From: Candidatus Falkowbacteria bacterium RIFCSPLOWO2_12_FULL_45_13
GTDB lineage: Bacteria > Patescibacteriota > Patescibacteriia > Patescibacteriales > GWC2-42-12
Assembly: GCA_001778055.1 (NCBI GenBank)
Contig: MFFY01000061.1
Span: 515-64,514, forward strand
DNA: 64,000 nucleotides
Direction: 5' to 3'
Shown piece after piece: positions 52,301-59,413 of this stretch (positions within the stretch are counted from its first letter, which is position 1; each line of letters starts with the position of its first letter). The notes under the pieces are model-generated. The model was not told where the DNA came from and did no database searches. It worked only from the letters and a program-made list of their open reading frames with translations. The position numbers and the translations under genes were made by a program.

Positions 52301-53005
52301 GCGATCGCGGTCTTCTTTTTTCTTCTTGGTCTGCAAGCATAATAAAACATCCTGCGGCTCGTCATCATCTTTATTCAAATAGTGGATATCGTTAGTCGCC
52401 ACCAGCGGGAGATTAAGTTCCCGGGAGATGGCGATAAGCGCCTGATTAACCGGCCCCTGCTCCGCCAGATTGGGATGGCTTTGCAGTTCCAGGTAAAAAT
52501 TACCCGGACCGAACAGCTGGCTGTATTCCAACACTCTTTTTTTGGCCTTGTCTAACTTCCCCGCCGTAACGAGGCGCGGGATTTCCCCGGCCAAACAAGC
52601 GGTTAAAGCGATCAAGCCTTCGCAGTGCTTGGACAAAACTTCCCAATCAATTCTGGGCTTATAATAAAAGCCTTCCAGGTGGGCGATGGAAGTCAGTTTG
52701 ATTAAATTTTGGTAGCCAACCCTATTTTTCGCCAACAGCACCAGGTGGTAATTCCTTCCGTCGGATTTAACATTTTTATCCAGCCGCGACCCGGGCGCCA
52801 GATAAGTTTCCACGCCGATGATTGGTTTAAGGCCGGCCTGTTTGCATTTCTGATAAAATTCAATTACGCCGTACATGACGCCATGGTCGGTCAAGGCCAG
52901 GCTGGTCGAACCCTCGTCCTTGGCTTTTTTTACCAGCTCGTCAATTTTGGTTAAGCCGTCCAGCAAAGAATAATGGCTATGGACATGGAGATGTGTAAAT
53001 TGCAT
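49391..53005 (-). CDS. dnaE: DNA polymerase III alpha subunit
   Basis: HLHVHSHYSLLDG PHP domain, GRGSAAGS, MPDIDMDF, YGFNRSH. Confidence 0.98.
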   Translation of the reverse strand: MQFTHLHVHSHYSLLDGLTKIDELVKKAKDEGSTSLALTDHGVMYGVIEFYQKCKQAGLKPIIGVETYLAPGSRLDKNVKSDGRNYHLVLLAKNRVGYQNLIKLTSIAHLEGFYYKPRIDWEVLSKHCEGLIALTACLAGEIPRLVTAGKLDKAKKRVLEYSQLFGPGNFYLELQSHPNLAEQGPVNQALIAISRELNLPLVATNDIHYLNKDDDEPQDVLLCLQTKKKKEDRDRMMMLGGDYSFRPTKEMIEAFKETPEAILNTEKIAALCNLELELGKIQLPFFLTPGGQEIEAYLDNLCHQGLMIRYGKNYEQIDPTIKARMDYELTVIKKMGWPSYFLIVADFVNWAKSNNIVVGPGRGSAAGSLVSYLLNITNIDPLKYDLLFERFLNPDRISMPDIDMDFADARRDEVLRYVEEKYGKDHVAQIITFGTMAARAAIRDVGRALNYPYEFCDKLAKMIPMFSKIKQAVEEVGELKELYRNDESARRIIDYARRLEGVARHASTHACGVVITKDPLTEYLPLQYASSSDRSVISQYSLHPVEDLGLLKMDFLGLKNLTIIESAIKIIKNTRDLAIDIDKIPQNDALTYKLFQAGETTGVFQFESSGMKRYLRELKPTEFEDIIAMVALYRPGPMEWIPDYINGKKALKKPRLLHAKLEPILKKTYGVAIYQEQVMRMARDLAGFTMAEADVLRKAMGKKIVKLLAEQKEKFIDGCVKNGISSQQAENIFSFIEPFAGYGFNRSHAACYALIGYQTAYLKARWPAEFMAALLTADQENIDRIAIEIEECRHMGIKVMAPDINQSYESFTVVTSGTERNQAVGQNEESKTIRFGLKAIKNIGGHIAEEIIKERKQHGPYKDITDLLERVCDKDLNKKSLESLVKSGSLDNFGERGQLLGNMENILGFNRDIAKSKSNCQASLFMDAPSINFNRRIKLGPAPAATAREKLAWEKELLGLYISDHPFSGCKKILNSAVLPVAALAEHQSDYQVSLGGVITKIKKIITRSAEPMLFVKIEDMTGSLEILVFPSLLKENNLIWQEGKVVLCQGKLSDKDQELKLLCNKVMELTSETAAEAINKFTASGNNKSNGGIKRFYPKASNGAVSYGYPSLQAVSSASQPAWAGALPAAKNLVLKNDKLFITLNGNINELILAKLKQILIKNSGDKKVFFKLISGAKTNLVKTDFKVNYSRDMVEAINKILD

Positions 53006-53278
53006 ACCTGCTGACTTATTATGCGCGTTGTTCTTAATTCATTGGCCCTACAAATCTACGAATCCACTAAAAATATACAAATATTTGTAAATTCGTTATT
53101 TTATTCGTTGATTCGTTAGGGTTTTGATTATTATAATATAACATTTTTTCCGGTAATGGCAAACTTTTAATTTAAACGGTCTTTTTTTATTTTAAAAATT
53201 TCGTCGCCAAGCAAAAAACAGGCTTTAAAATTTTAAACCTGTCTTTTACTTCTTACTTCCTACTTCTTACTTCTAACT

Positions 53279-54157
53279 TCACTTCTTAATTTTATTAGTC
53301 AGCTCGCCCAGCTCTTCGTCCGAGAAAAAATAAATAATGACTTCCCCGCCCTTGCCTTTCCTTTTAATTTCCGCTTTGGTGCCGAAAAACTGGCGGAAAG
53401 CAAATTCCTTGTCTTTATCGGCGTAGTTAATTTTTATTCTGGCCTGTTTGGTCCCGCCCATAACCCTGGTCTCTTTGACAGCGTCACTGACCGTCATTTG
53501 ACCGCGCAATATTTTTTTAAATAAAGCCATCTGCTTGACCTCGTTTTCCAGACCGGCGATTGTTTTGGCATGGCCCTCGTTAATCCGGCCTTCAATCAGG
53601 GCGGTTTGAATTTCTTCGGGCAAATTCAAAAGTCTGATGGCGTTGGCTATAACCGGCCGCGATTTGGAGAGCCTCAAAGCCAGTTCGTCCTGGCTTAAAT
53701 TAAATTCATCTATCAATTTGCGGTAAGCCACCGCGGCCTCAATCGGGTTTAAGTCTTCCCGCTGCAGGTTTTCCACCAGCGCCACTTCCAGTTTTTGCTG
53801 TTCGCTGGCCTGGCGGATAATCACCGGTATCAGCGGCAGGCCTAAAACTTTGGCCGCTCTTAAGCGGCGTTCGCCCGCGATTAATTCGTACTGGCCGTTT
53901 TTTTGCGTTACTATCAATGGCTGAATGACGCCGTATTGCTTAATTGACGTCGCCAGCTCGCTTTGCTGGAGCTCGCTAAAATTCCGGCGGGGCTGCAGGG
54001 GATTAAACCGTATTTGTTCCGGACTGATCTGATGTATCCGGTTCTTATCCGTTTCGCTAGCCACCTCAACCACGGCTTCGCCGCTTGAAGCCGTGGTAAC
54101 TTTTTTAACTTTTTGCGGAATCAGGGAACTAAGTCCCCTGCCTAAGCTATTGGACAT
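53279..54157 (-). CDS. parB: Chromosome partitioning protein ParB
   Basis: [30 protein letters not shown]. Confidence 0.96.
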   Translation of the reverse strand: MSNSLGRGLSSLIPQKVKKVTTASSGEAVVEVASETDKNRIHQISPEQIRFNPLQPRRNFSELQQSELATSIKQYGVIQPLIVTQKNGQYELIAGERRLRAAKVLGLPLIPVIIRQASEQQKLEVALVENLQREDLNPIEAAVAYRKLIDEFNLSQDELALRLSKSRPVIANAIRLLNLPEEIQTALIEGRINEGHAKTIAGLENEVKQMALFKKILRGQMTVSDAVKETRVMGGTKQARIKINYADKDKEFAFRQFFGTKAEIKRKGKGGEVIIYFFSDEELGELTNKIKK

Positions 54158-54234
54158 ATTTTAATAAAATTTTAAATTTGAAATTTGAATTGAATTTAAA
54201 ATTACAAAATTTAAAATTGATTTAAATTATAAAT

Positions 54235-55008
54235 TTAAAATTTAGACCTTTCCAAATCCATCACTTCCCTGGCCAGCTTTTCGTAAGCCCGGCCGCCTTT
54301 TGATTTAGGGTCGTAATATAAAATCGAACGGCCATAGCTCGGCGCCTCGGCCAGCTTGACGCTTCTGGGGATAATGCTCCTAAAAACTTTGTTGGGAAAA
54401 TATTGGTAGAGCTCGTTCATGACCGATCCGGATAGGCGGTTCCTTTTATCAAACATGGTTATGACCGCGCCCATAATGCCCAGCCCCGCCTTTAAATTGC
54501 TTTGCACCAGGCTGATGGTGTCCAATAACTGGCCTAAGCCTTCCAGGGCGAAATATTCGCTCTGGATGGGAATTAAGACTTCGTCAGCCGCCACCAGGCT
54601 GTTGACGGTTAACAGCCCCAGCGAGGGCGGCCCGTCAATAATGATATAATCATATTCGTCTTTAATCTGGTCCAAAATTTGCGCCAACCTAAATTCCCGG
54701 TTTTCCAAATTAACCAGTTCAATGCCGGCGCCGGCCAAAGCAATCGTGGCCGGAGCGATCTTATAGCCGTCCTGCAAAGTATATTTGATGACTTCAAAGA
54801 TCGGCTTATGCCCGATCAGGGCTTCGTAAATGCCGTGTTCCAAATTTTTATGGTCAATCCCTAAGCCGGACGTGGCGTTGGCCTGCGGATCAATGTCAAC
54901 CAACAGCACCTGTTTGCCCAAATAGGCCAGATAAGCGCCCAAATTCAAGGCGGTAGTGGTTTTGCCCACCCCGCCCTTTTGATTGACAATGGAGATTATT
55001 TTACCCAT
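54235..55008 (-). CDS. parA: Chromosome partitioning ATPase ParA/Soj
   Basis: NQKGGVGKTT, DIDPQAN, EYFALEG, EAPSYG. Confidence 0.97.
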   Translation of the reverse strand: MGKIISIVNQKGGVGKTTTALNLGAYLAYLGKQVLLVDIDPQANATSGLGIDHKNLEHGIYEALIGHKPIFEVIKYTLQDGYKIAPATIALAGAGIELVNLENREFRLAQILDQIKDEYDYIIIDGPPSLGLLTVNSLVAADEVLIPIQSEYFALEGLGQLLDTISLVQSNLKAGLGIMGAVITMFDKRNRLSGSVMNELYQYFPNKVFRSIIPRSVKLAEAPSYGRSILYYDPKSKGGRAYEKLAREVMDLERSKF

Positions 55009-55147
55009 TTAGAATAAGAAACAATAATCAAGAAACAATAACCGAAACCAAGCAAAACATCCAAATTTCAAATTATTATTGTTTGTTGCTTGTATCTTGG
55101 TTATTGGTTATTTTTCACATTTATATTATACCCCATTTCCGCCCTCT

Positions 55148-55176
55148 TTGACAAATTTATAAAAAAAATTTATTAT
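55148..55176 (+). promoter_or_regulatory. near-consensus sigma70 promoter
   Basis: TTGACA-17 nt-TATTAT. Confidence 0.8.
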
Positions 55177-55196
55177 TATATCAGAATAAAACTAGC

Positions 55197-55409
55197 TTGA
55201 GCTGGTTTTTATATAGAGATGGTTACAAAACTATTTCGTAGCGAAATTTAGATATTTTTCGGCCAGGCGAGGAAAACCAGCGAAATGATTTGAACCGTAA
55301 TAGTATTACGGTGAAAATCATTTCGCGCCAGTTTGACGAAGCCTGGCCGAAAAATAGCAAATTGCAGCAAAAATAGTTTTGTAACCATCTCATATAAAGG
55401 TAAGCTCAA
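55197..55409 (+). other. ~210-nt rod-like hairpin (ncRNA or MITE candidate)
   Basis: Nested perfect stems of 21, 16, 12 and 9 bp separated by internal loops. Confidence 0.7.
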
Positions 55410-55425
55410 AAAATCGAAAATTTTG

Positions 55426-55512
55426 GGGGATGTGTTGGAACTGGTAGACGAGAAGGTCTCAAAAACCTTTGGAAGCAATTCCGTGTGGGTTCGACTCCCA
55501 CCATCCCCACCA
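55426..55512 (+). tRNA. tRNA-Leu(CAA)
   Basis: GGGGATG/CATCCCC acceptor, AAGGT-CTCAAAA-ACCTT anticodon arm, long variable arm, TTCGACT, encoded CCA. Confidence 0.96.
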
Positions 55513-55635
55513 GCGATTTTTATATCACACTGTGTGTGTATGCTCTGAACGAGCAGGGCGGGCTGGCTTTCTTGGTCTGGTTTCGTTCAGGAGTTTCGGA
55601 TAAAATGAGTTCGAGCCAAACTGTAAAAACACACC

Positions 55636-55680
55636 AAGGAGGACCAAGCCCGGAAGAAGTTTGGTCTTTTTGGACCTTAA
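55636..55680 (+). promoter_or_regulatory. 45-nt leader motif, copy 1 (purD)
   Basis: 42/45 identical to 57201-57245; hairpin GACCAAGC/GTTTGGTC. Confidence 0.7.
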
Positions 55681-55736
55681 AAAGATTTTAAAAAACGGTA
55701 AACTTAACCTAACAACAGACAAGAAAGGAACCAGCC

Positions 55737-57080
55737 ATGAACGAAAACGTACTATTGGTCGGCAACAGCGCCCGAGGGCACGCTATCGCGGAAGCGATAA
55801 TCAGGTCAAAGCCAACTCCGGTCTTGTTCGCCTACATGAAAGCCAACAACCCTGGAATAGCGGCCCTGGCGGATAAAGTCCAAATTGGCGGCTACGACGA
55901 TCTGAAAAAAATCACCGGTTTCGCCCGGAGTCAGGGCGCCAGTCTGGCCGTAATTGATTCGGAAGAGCCATTAAAAAACGGCGTGGCTGATGCCCTGGAA
56001 ATAGCCCGGATCCCGGTGGTCGGGCCCGGACAGCTAGAGACCCAACTGGAAACCTCAAAAGCTTTCACCAGGGAACTGATGAAGCAATATAACGTAGCCG
56101 GCAGTCCAAAATCAAAAACCTTTAGGACTATGGACGGCATCGAAGAATACCTGAAGGAAAATATGCCATGCGTTTTAAAGCCGGACGGACTGACCGGCGG
56201 CAAAGGCGTTATGGTCCAGGGCGAACACTTCAATACCGTGGATGAAGCATTGGGAATCTGCCTTGACATTCTGACGCATCGCCCGACGGTGGTGATTGAA
56301 GAAAAACTTGAAGGCGAGGAATTTTCTCTCCAATGTTTCTGCTCCGGCCTGATTGTTGTGCCCATGCCGCCGGTTCAAGATCACAAACGCCGACTGATTG
56401 GCGATCAGGGATTGAACACCGGTAGTATGGGTTCGTATTCCTGCCCTGACCATCTGTTGCCGTTCCTAACGCAGGATGATTTGAACCAGGCCGTGGACAT
56501 TCTGGAGCAGATCGTCCTGGTATTGTACTTAGAAACCGGCGGTTATTACAGGGGCATAATCTACGGCGGTTTCATGCTGACTGCCCCGGGGCTTAAACTA
56601 TTGGAGATCAACGCCCGCTTCGGCGATCCGGAAGCCATCAACGTCTTGTCGCTCCTGGAAACCGATTTCCTAGACATCTGCCGATCTATCACCTGCCCCA
56701 GAAACTATGGCAAGCTCAACCAACTGGACATTAGGTTCAAACCCCTGGCCACGGTGGTAAAATACGTGGTGCCGGTCAATTACGGCCTGCCCAAAAACCA
56801 GTATGTCCAAACAGCCTCTGATGTTATCCAACTCGACAACCCGGGAGAGGCCCGCCTTTATTATTCATCCGTTGCGAGCAAGCGGACCGTCATTCGCCTG
56901 ACCTCTTCCCGCGCCGTGGCGGTCCTGGGAACCGGTTCCGACCTGGCTGAAGCGGAAAGGATCGCCGAACAAGGGACTCGCGCCGTTATCGGAGCGGTGG
57001 ATCACCGTTCGGACATCGGCACGGCCGCGCTTATCGCCAAACGAGTGCGGCACATGGAGAAGTTAAAAAAAACAAAATAA
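55737..57080 (+). CDS. purD: Phosphoribosylamine--glycine ligase
   Basis: NPGI, LETSKAF, KPDGLTGGKGV, QDHKR, G.NTG.MG, EINARFGDPE. Confidence 0.95.
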   Translation: MNENVLLVGNSARGHAIAEAIIRSKPTPVLFAYMKANNPGIAALADKVQIGGYDDLKKITGFARSQGASLAVIDSEEPLKNGVADALEIARIPVVGPGQLETQLETSKAFTRELMKQYNVAGSPKSKTFRTMDGIEEYLKENMPCVLKPDGLTGGKGVMVQGEHFNTVDEALGICLDILTHRPTVVIEEKLEGEEFSLQCFCSGLIVVPMPPVQDHKRRLIGDQGLNTGSMGSYSCPDHLLPFLTQDDLNQAVDILEQIVLVLYLETGGYYRGIIYGGFMLTAPGLKLLEINARFGDPEAINVLSLLETDFLDICRSITCPRNYGKLNQLDIRFKPLATVVKYVVPVNYGLPKNQYVQTASDVIQLDNPGEARLYYSSVASKRTVIRLTSSRAVAVLGTGSDLAEAERIAEQGTRAVIGAVDHRSDIGTAALIAKRVRHMEKLKKTK

Positions 57081-57101
57081 TATCCCGTTTAAGGGATATA
57101 A

Positions 57102-57157
57102 TAGGGTTTCGATTTAGAACGTATTGCAATGCGTCCTACTGCCGAAACCCTTTTTTT
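57102..57157 (+). terminator. terminator-like hairpin after purD
   Basis: AGGGTTTCG...CGAAACCCT followed by a T-run. Confidence 0.6.
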
Positions 57158-57200
57158 GCTTGCCTTTTCCCAACCTTTGTACTAACATTTAATCAAACAT

Positions 57201-57245
57201 AAGGAGGACCAAGCCCGGAGTAGGTTTGGTCTTTTTGGACCTTAA
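57201..57245 (+). promoter_or_regulatory. 45-nt leader motif, copy 2 (purB)
   Basis: Just downstream of promoter-like TTGCCT-17 nt-TAACAT (57160-57188). Confidence 0.7.
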
Positions 57246-57350
57246 CAATCCTACCAAAGGTTTTCGGGAGAAAAAACAAACCCCATACCAGGCTTGGTGT
57301 GGAGACAAACCAGACAACAACTATAACAAAAAAGAGAAAGCGAGAAAGTC

Positions 57351-58826
57351 ATGCATAAATTACTGGAAACAGTCATTAGCCAAAATCTGCCGACGGTGTC
57401 AAAACTGCCTGGCAGAAACCTGCAGATGCCGGGCGACCCCCGCTATCAGCCCGAGGCGCTTAAACCGTTCTTGGGCTACGACATGTGGGCTTCGTTCCTG
57501 ATAATCGTGGAATGGTTCTGGCTCATGACACTAGCGGAAATTGGCTTCATGCCGCGTAAAGAAACGGCCGGGTTAACCCGTGAGCGGCTGTTGAATCTGC
57601 TCGAGAACATTTCTACCACTGTTCAAGACGCCCGAGAATACGGCCGGGATGGACGAGCAGGAACTAACCACGACATCCTGGCCCTGTTGGAACTGATGAA
57701 ACGGTATTTGCCTAAGGCGCTGCATAAATACTTGCACCTGGGCGCGACCTCATACAACATCATCAATACGGCCTACGCCTTGATTTTAGCGCAAGTATTT
57801 CAACGGGTCTTTAAGCCGAAACTGCTGGTCGTGGATCAGGTTTGGCGGGACAAAATCAGCCAGTACGCCGAGGTTGTACAAGCAGGCCGGACTCATCTGC
57901 AAACTGCTCTGCCCGTAACCGTTGGCTTCTGGCTGGCCTGCCTGCATTATCAGTTTAGAAACTGCGTCCAAAACGCTTACTTTCTGTCCATGATTGTTCC
58001 GGGAAGTTTCAACGGCGCCGTGGGCACTTCAGCCGCGCTCCTGGCCATGCTCGGAAGAGACAAAGCCATAATGGCGCAAGAGACGCTGATGAAATACCTA
58101 GACTTGGAGAGAGCGGAGTATACTACACAAATTTCCCCGCCCCAGGATGCGGCCCGCTTCTACTTTGAGCTGTTGCTGCTGTCGGGGGTGCTGGGTAATT
58201 TGGGCGAGGATGTCCGCATCCTGCAGTCATCGGAGTTCGGCGAAATTGTCAGCGCCACCGAGGTTAATTCTTCTTCATCCACTATGGCTCATAAAAAGGC
58301 CAATCCGATCAAGGCGGAAAATAACTGCGGCATGCACGTCAATGTCATCGCCGAGGTCATGAAAGTAGCGCTGACGCTGACGAGCGACCTGCAAAGAGAT
58401 TTAAGGTGGTCCTGCGTTATGCGCAGTTTCAGCTCGGCCATGGTCTACGCTTACCAGCAGATCAGCACCACCGAGAGGCTGATTAAGTCGCTGGCCGTTG
58501 ACCCGCGTCGGGTCAAAACCAACTTCAGGAGAGAAGCCAAGCTGGTCGTGGCTGAACTCTTGCACTTGTGCTTGCAACGGCAGGGATATGCCGGTACGCA
58601 CGAACTGGTCAACAAAACCATCGTGCCGGCGGCTGCTGCTAAAGGTATCAGCCTGCCCTTAGCCATGCGGTATCACCTGCAATCTCATCCGGACAAAAAA
58701 CTCGAACAAGCCTGGCGGTTAACACCGGCAAGCTCGCTTGAGTTGCTCAAGCGCCCGGAAAAATACATCGGCCGGGCAATTGAATTGGCCAAAGCCGAAG
58801 CCAAAAACAAACTGGAAATGGAATAG
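57351..58826 (+). CDS. purB: Adenylosuccinate lyase, divergent
   Basis: TNHDI, HLGATS, GRTHLQ.A.P, GAVGT, SSTMAHKKANP, QRDL; next to purD. Confidence 0.88.
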   Translation: MHKLLETVISQNLPTVSKLPGRNLQMPGDPRYQPEALKPFLGYDMWASFLIIVEWFWLMTLAEIGFMPRKETAGLTRERLLNLLENISTTVQDAREYGRDGRAGTNHDILALLELMKRYLPKALHKYLHLGATSYNIINTAYALILAQVFQRVFKPKLLVVDQVWRDKISQYAEVVQAGRTHLQTALPVTVGFWLACLHYQFRNCVQNAYFLSMIVPGSFNGAVGTSAALLAMLGRDKAIMAQETLMKYLDLERAEYTTQISPPQDAARFYFELLLLSGVLGNLGEDVRILQSSEFGEIVSATEVNSSSSTMAHKKANPIKAENNCGMHVNVIAEVMKVALTLTSDLQRDLRWSCVMRSFSSAMVYAYQQISTTERLIKSLAVDPRRVKTNFRREAKLVVAELLHLCLQRQGYAGTHELVNKTIVPAAAAKGISLPLAMRYHLQSHPDKKLEQAWRLTPASSLELLKRPEKYIGRAIELAKAEAKNKLEME

Positions 58827-58923
58827 ATAACCTAAAACCGAACAACCCCGAACCGCCCCGCCGGGAATTAAAACCCCGGCGGGGTAAACCACAAACCAGG
58901 AAAGAAATAGGAGAAAACACAAA

Positions 58924-59032
58924 ATGAACCAAAAAATGCTCCGCGCCCGAACTGCCAGCAGAGATCGTTCAAAAAACCAGCGAAAAATACCTGGAAGCGC
59001 TTAGACGCTTAAGCAAGGTACTGGCGAAATAG
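58924..59032 (+). pseudogene. remnant resembling the PurC (SAICAR synthetase) C-terminus
   Basis: RBS and ATG (MNQKML) are out of frame with APELPAEIVQKTSEKYLEALRRLSKVLAK* (58943-59032). Confidence 0.6.
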
Positions 59033-59118
59033 GCGGGGCTTACGCCAAGGCTAGATTTTAGAGAGTAAACAACACGCGGCCTCTCCATGATGGAGAAACT
59101 GCGGCGAGGAGGATTAAA

Positions 59119-59346
59119 ATGAGAGCGATATCAGGATTATGCAAATGCCAAGCCTGCCAGTCACAGTTTCCGCTAATCTGGGTTGCTCAAAGCAAGAACG
59201 GAGCTTGCCAGATTGGCGCCTTTAAGTTCTGCTGTCAGAAATGCGCGGAGCATTTTTTGGCAAACAATCTCTTGCCCAAACGGATGGGTAGAGATATTCA
59301 ATTTACCCTGGAGTTAAAAAAACTCCAGAACGGACCGCGACCGTAA
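59119..59346 (+). CDS. small Cys-rich, putative Zn-binding protein
   Basis: GAGGAGG RBS; CxCxxC...FCCxxC. Confidence 0.65.
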   Translation: MRAISGLCKCQACQSQFPLIWVAQSKNGACQIGAFKFCCQKCAEHFLANNLLPKRMGRDIQFTLELKKLQNGPRP

Positions 59347-59379
59347 CTTAAGCTGAACTTTTAAAGGAGGACAACGCGA

Positions 59380-59413
59380 AAGGACACTTGTCTAGGCAAG
59401 TGTCCTTCTTTTT
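59380..59413. terminator. terminator between convergent genes
   Basis: AAGGACACTTGTC-TA-GGCAAGTGTCCTT followed by T-rich tract. Confidence 0.7.

Noticed and set aside
49391-53005. Intein in DnaE or GyrB
   Set aside because: Lengths are normal and there are no C...HN splice motifs; the extra segments are short linkers
53006-55200. parS sites or oriC near parAB
   Set aside because: No TGTTNCACGTGAAACA-like palindrome or DnaA-box cluster seen by eye
55661-57501. Two ORFs starting MVFLDL (55661 and 57226) as leader peptides
   Set aside because: Their TTG starts lie inside the duplicated hairpin motif, similarity stops with the motif, and both overlap purD or purB out of frame
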